Part shown: in pieces, positions 61,282 to 64,000 of the stretch
How positions within the stretch are numbered: the first letter of the stretch is position 1
Layout: every line of letters starts with the position of its first letter
From: Selaginella moellendorffii
Lineage: Eukaryota > Plantae > Lycopodiophyta
Assembly (NCBI RefSeq): GCF_000143415.4
Contig: NW_003314270.1
Span: forward strand, 618,453 to 682,452
Reading direction: 5' to 3'
Length of the DNA: 64,000 nucleotides
Made by a program: the position numbers and the translations under genes
Notes under the pieces: generated by a model
Told to the model about the DNA's origin: nothing
What the model saw: the letters and a program-made list of their open reading frames with translations, nothing else
Database searches by the model: none

Positions 61282-61690
61282 CACAAAGAAAGGATTTCTA
61301 GGAAGAACTGAGAAGGCGATCTAGAACTTCTCCAGGAAAGTGGGACGTCGAAAGAATGGAAGAACAAACAAGACGAGAGTACATTTTGTTTATAGCCAGA
61401 TGTTGGCTATGTGTCGGTTTATATTTTTCCACGTGTCCACGCTAAGATTGTACGGTGAATATGCTTTTTGCATATCCACTCGAATATATTTCTTATATGC
61501 GGCACTTTTTTTACAAGTGGAGTGAGTGCATTAGGGCTCTTGAATTTGACTAGGGTTTTTTGCCAATTCCAAAGGTATGTCGCTCTCTCCTCCCCGGATC
61601 TCGCGATCTCTTTCCTCTCTCGCGCGGCCCCGGCGATGATCCAATGCTTGTGTTGTGTGCTTCCAGCATGAGAAGATCCATCCTCGACCG

Positions 61691-64000
61691 ATGATGCTTG
61701 TGTCCGATGATAATGTCCTTGGAAATTACCGGCGCGGCACTGGAATTTCTGCGATTTCAGCTGGAATGGAGCAGCAGCACAAGCTCGGCCCCAATATCGA
61801 GGAGGGATTTCACAGCGGGAGATCCGTGCAGACATGGCAGTGCTTCCCCGATGGCGGATCTCTGTCCTCGATCGACAGCTTGCCCCCAATTGAGGACGAT
61901 GAATCCGGGACGGACCAGGGAATGATTGGATCCCCGGCCATGGGACGCCTGGATTACGACTCAGGTATAAATATCTCGATACTGGATGGCGAAATTTTTT
62001 CTCTCGCTTATCCCTCGCTTCGTTCTTCCAGGCGGCCAGAATCGATCGAGAGAAGAGGCCTCGCCCCCACGCGTGAAGCTCATGTGTAGCTTTGGTGGGC
62101 GAATTCTTCCACGTCCATCCGATGGAAAGCTCCGGTACGTTGGTGGCGAGACGCGAATTGTGAGCCTCAAGAGGGACGTGAGCTACGCGGAGCTCATGCT
62201 CAAGATGAAGAAGCACTACGGGGAGGATCTGTCACTTAAGTACCAGTTGCCCAACGAGGATCTGGACGCATTGATATCGGTCTCTACCGACGAGGACTTG
62301 CAAAACATGATGGAGGAGTATGACCGGCTCGAGGACAACGATGGCTTGCAGCGGCTCAGGGTGTTTCTCTTCTCGGTTGCTGATGGTGAGAGCCTCTCGA
62401 TCGATCCTTTGGACCCGAGAAAGTCCGAGCAGTGGTACGTGGAGGCTGTCAACGGGTTGCTGGAAACGGGGTCGAGGAAATCCGAGAGTGGGGTCAGTGG
62501 CGGTGGCATTAGTGCTCGTCCTAGCGCTGAGAATCTTGTTGCTTTAGACGCCACCCTCGAAGAGCAGTTACTCGCTAAGAAGCTACAGGGGGCCTTTAAC
62601 TCGGCGTCGTCGTCGCCAGCTTTAGTCCCACAGCAGCCGTATGCCAGGAATCTTGGGGGTCATGCTTACGGGATGTTTGCATCGGAAGGACAGCAGCAGC
62701 ACTTTGGGAATTTAAACACGGACGTAGGCCACTTCGACTTGGATCACTACTATCCAAATTCTCGAGCGGAGGTGACGCATGATCATGACCGGATTCTACG
62801 TGGCTATCCTCACGAGACGAAGATGCCTCGGGTTGGCTCTCATGGGAAGCTTTCAAGGCTTCAGGAGCAGCAACTTGATGATAGCCAGCAGCAGCACTTT
62901 GGGAACTTAAACACGGACGTAGGCCACTTCGACTTGGATCACTACTATCCAAATTCTCGAGCGGAGGTGACGCATGATCATGACCGGATTCTACGTGGCT
63001 ATCCTCACGAGACGAAGATGCCTCGGGTTGGCTCTCATGGGAAGCTTTCAAGGCTTCAGGAGCAGCAACTTGATGATAGCCAGCAGCAGCAGCAGCAGCA
63101 GGACTTGCTACCTCACGACCTTTTTATGGAGCCGAGGCCAAGGTTCGTCGTGCAGCCGCCGCAGCCACATCGTCAACACCCTCTCGATAGCAACCAGGAT
63201 TACAGGAGGCCAGAGTTTCAGCACTCCGACAGTGGATTCCCACATATGCTTCAGCACCAACAAGCGCAGCCGGTGATGTATCTCAAGGATCCCGTGTACA
63301 GAGCTGAAGCATACCACCGCCACCAGCTTCCGGACGATTATCAAGGCCACGACTTTATCCAGCACGAGGACTATTGTCCTGGTCATATGTACCAGAGAAA
63401 CTCTAATCACGGGGATGGTGGCGGGATGGGAGCTCACTCAGCTCCATATCAGATTGGATCGTCGCCATCTTCACCTCGACTAGCGTACCGTGATGGCAGA
63501 CTCCATCCGCAGTTGAGTGTGCATAGGCCGTATCCTGGAAATCCCGTCGACCATCAATATGGAAGGAGGCCTCATACACACGAAGAATCTGGTCGGAGTT
63601 ACAGGCTTTCATCGTCGCCACCTCGCTATCGTGATCATCACCTTGATGAACCGTTGCCGTTTCTACATCATCATGAGCGGTTTCCATCGGATCAAGTGGC
63701 TATGGCTCTTATGTTCGACAAGAAGCAAGGACCAGAGATGCTGCCCAGGCAAGCTATGGGCCTATACGGTCCAGGATATCAGGAAAATTCTTTCTATTAT
63801 CCGGACAATGGTCAAAGAGGTGGCGAGCCAAGGCGCCAAGTTAAAACATCTCCGCACTTGAATCCCAGATTTGATTACCAAGACCATCTGGTGCAAATGG
63901 AGCAACTTTCGCTTCATGGCCATCAACCAGAGGTAGAGAGAAACTTGGAAGCAGAAGACTCGGGGCTTAGGAATCAAAAACCACTCATCGAGGTAAACCA
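61691..64000 (+). CDS. PB1-domain protein, probably a Raf-like B4 MAPKKK (5' part only; truncated by the window end)
   Basis: Exon 61691-61964, then a long exon from 62032 to a probable donor at ~63993. PB1 VKLMCSFGGRILPRPSDGKLRYVGGETRI...KYQLPNEDLDALISVSTDEDLQNMMEEY...RLRVFLF and EQWYVEAVNG. The kinase domain is not in the window, so the kinase call is inferred. Confidence 0.85.
62691..63080 (+). repeat. 195-bp in-frame tandem duplication (2 copies, 65 aa) inside the PB1 gene
   Basis: 62691-62885 and 62886-63080 appear identical except for one synonymous AAT/AAC change. Both junctions lie in CAG runs. Confidence 0.95.

Overview
Eukaryotic plant nuclear DNA. It is gene-dense with many 45-60 nt GT-AG introns, which resembles the lycophyte Selaginella moellendorffii (inferred from gene content and intron size, not searched). 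Bases 1-~9900 are a nest of decayed Ty3/Gypsy LTR-retrotransposon pieces, including a solo LTR with a TACAT target-site duplication. About 20 spliced genes follow: PPR-SMR, TAXIMIN peptide (absent from the ORF track), MATE, GT34 xyloglucan xylosyltransferase, HR-lesion protein, an orphan, a frameshifted PMEI-like gene, plastid Cu/Zn-SOD, B-class GATA, a Sfi1-repeat coiled-coil protein, a beta-propeller membrane protein, a decayed papain-like gene, uridine kinase/UPRT, SHAQKY-MYB, a secreted Cys-rich repeat peptide, NTF2, RPB4, a second orphan, mitochondrial Ca uniporter, TOPLESS and the 5' part of a PB1-domain (probably Raf-like B4) gene. AT-rich, gene-poor blocks lie at ~37.0-42.3 kb and ~46.4-49.3 kb. 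The best leads are the 33-aa-periodic Sfi1-type centrin-binding protein, the secreted tandem C-L-K/R-N-G-F repeat peptide, and the extremely tight NTF2/RPB4/orphan arrangement. All exon boundaries were derived by hand and no database search was run.
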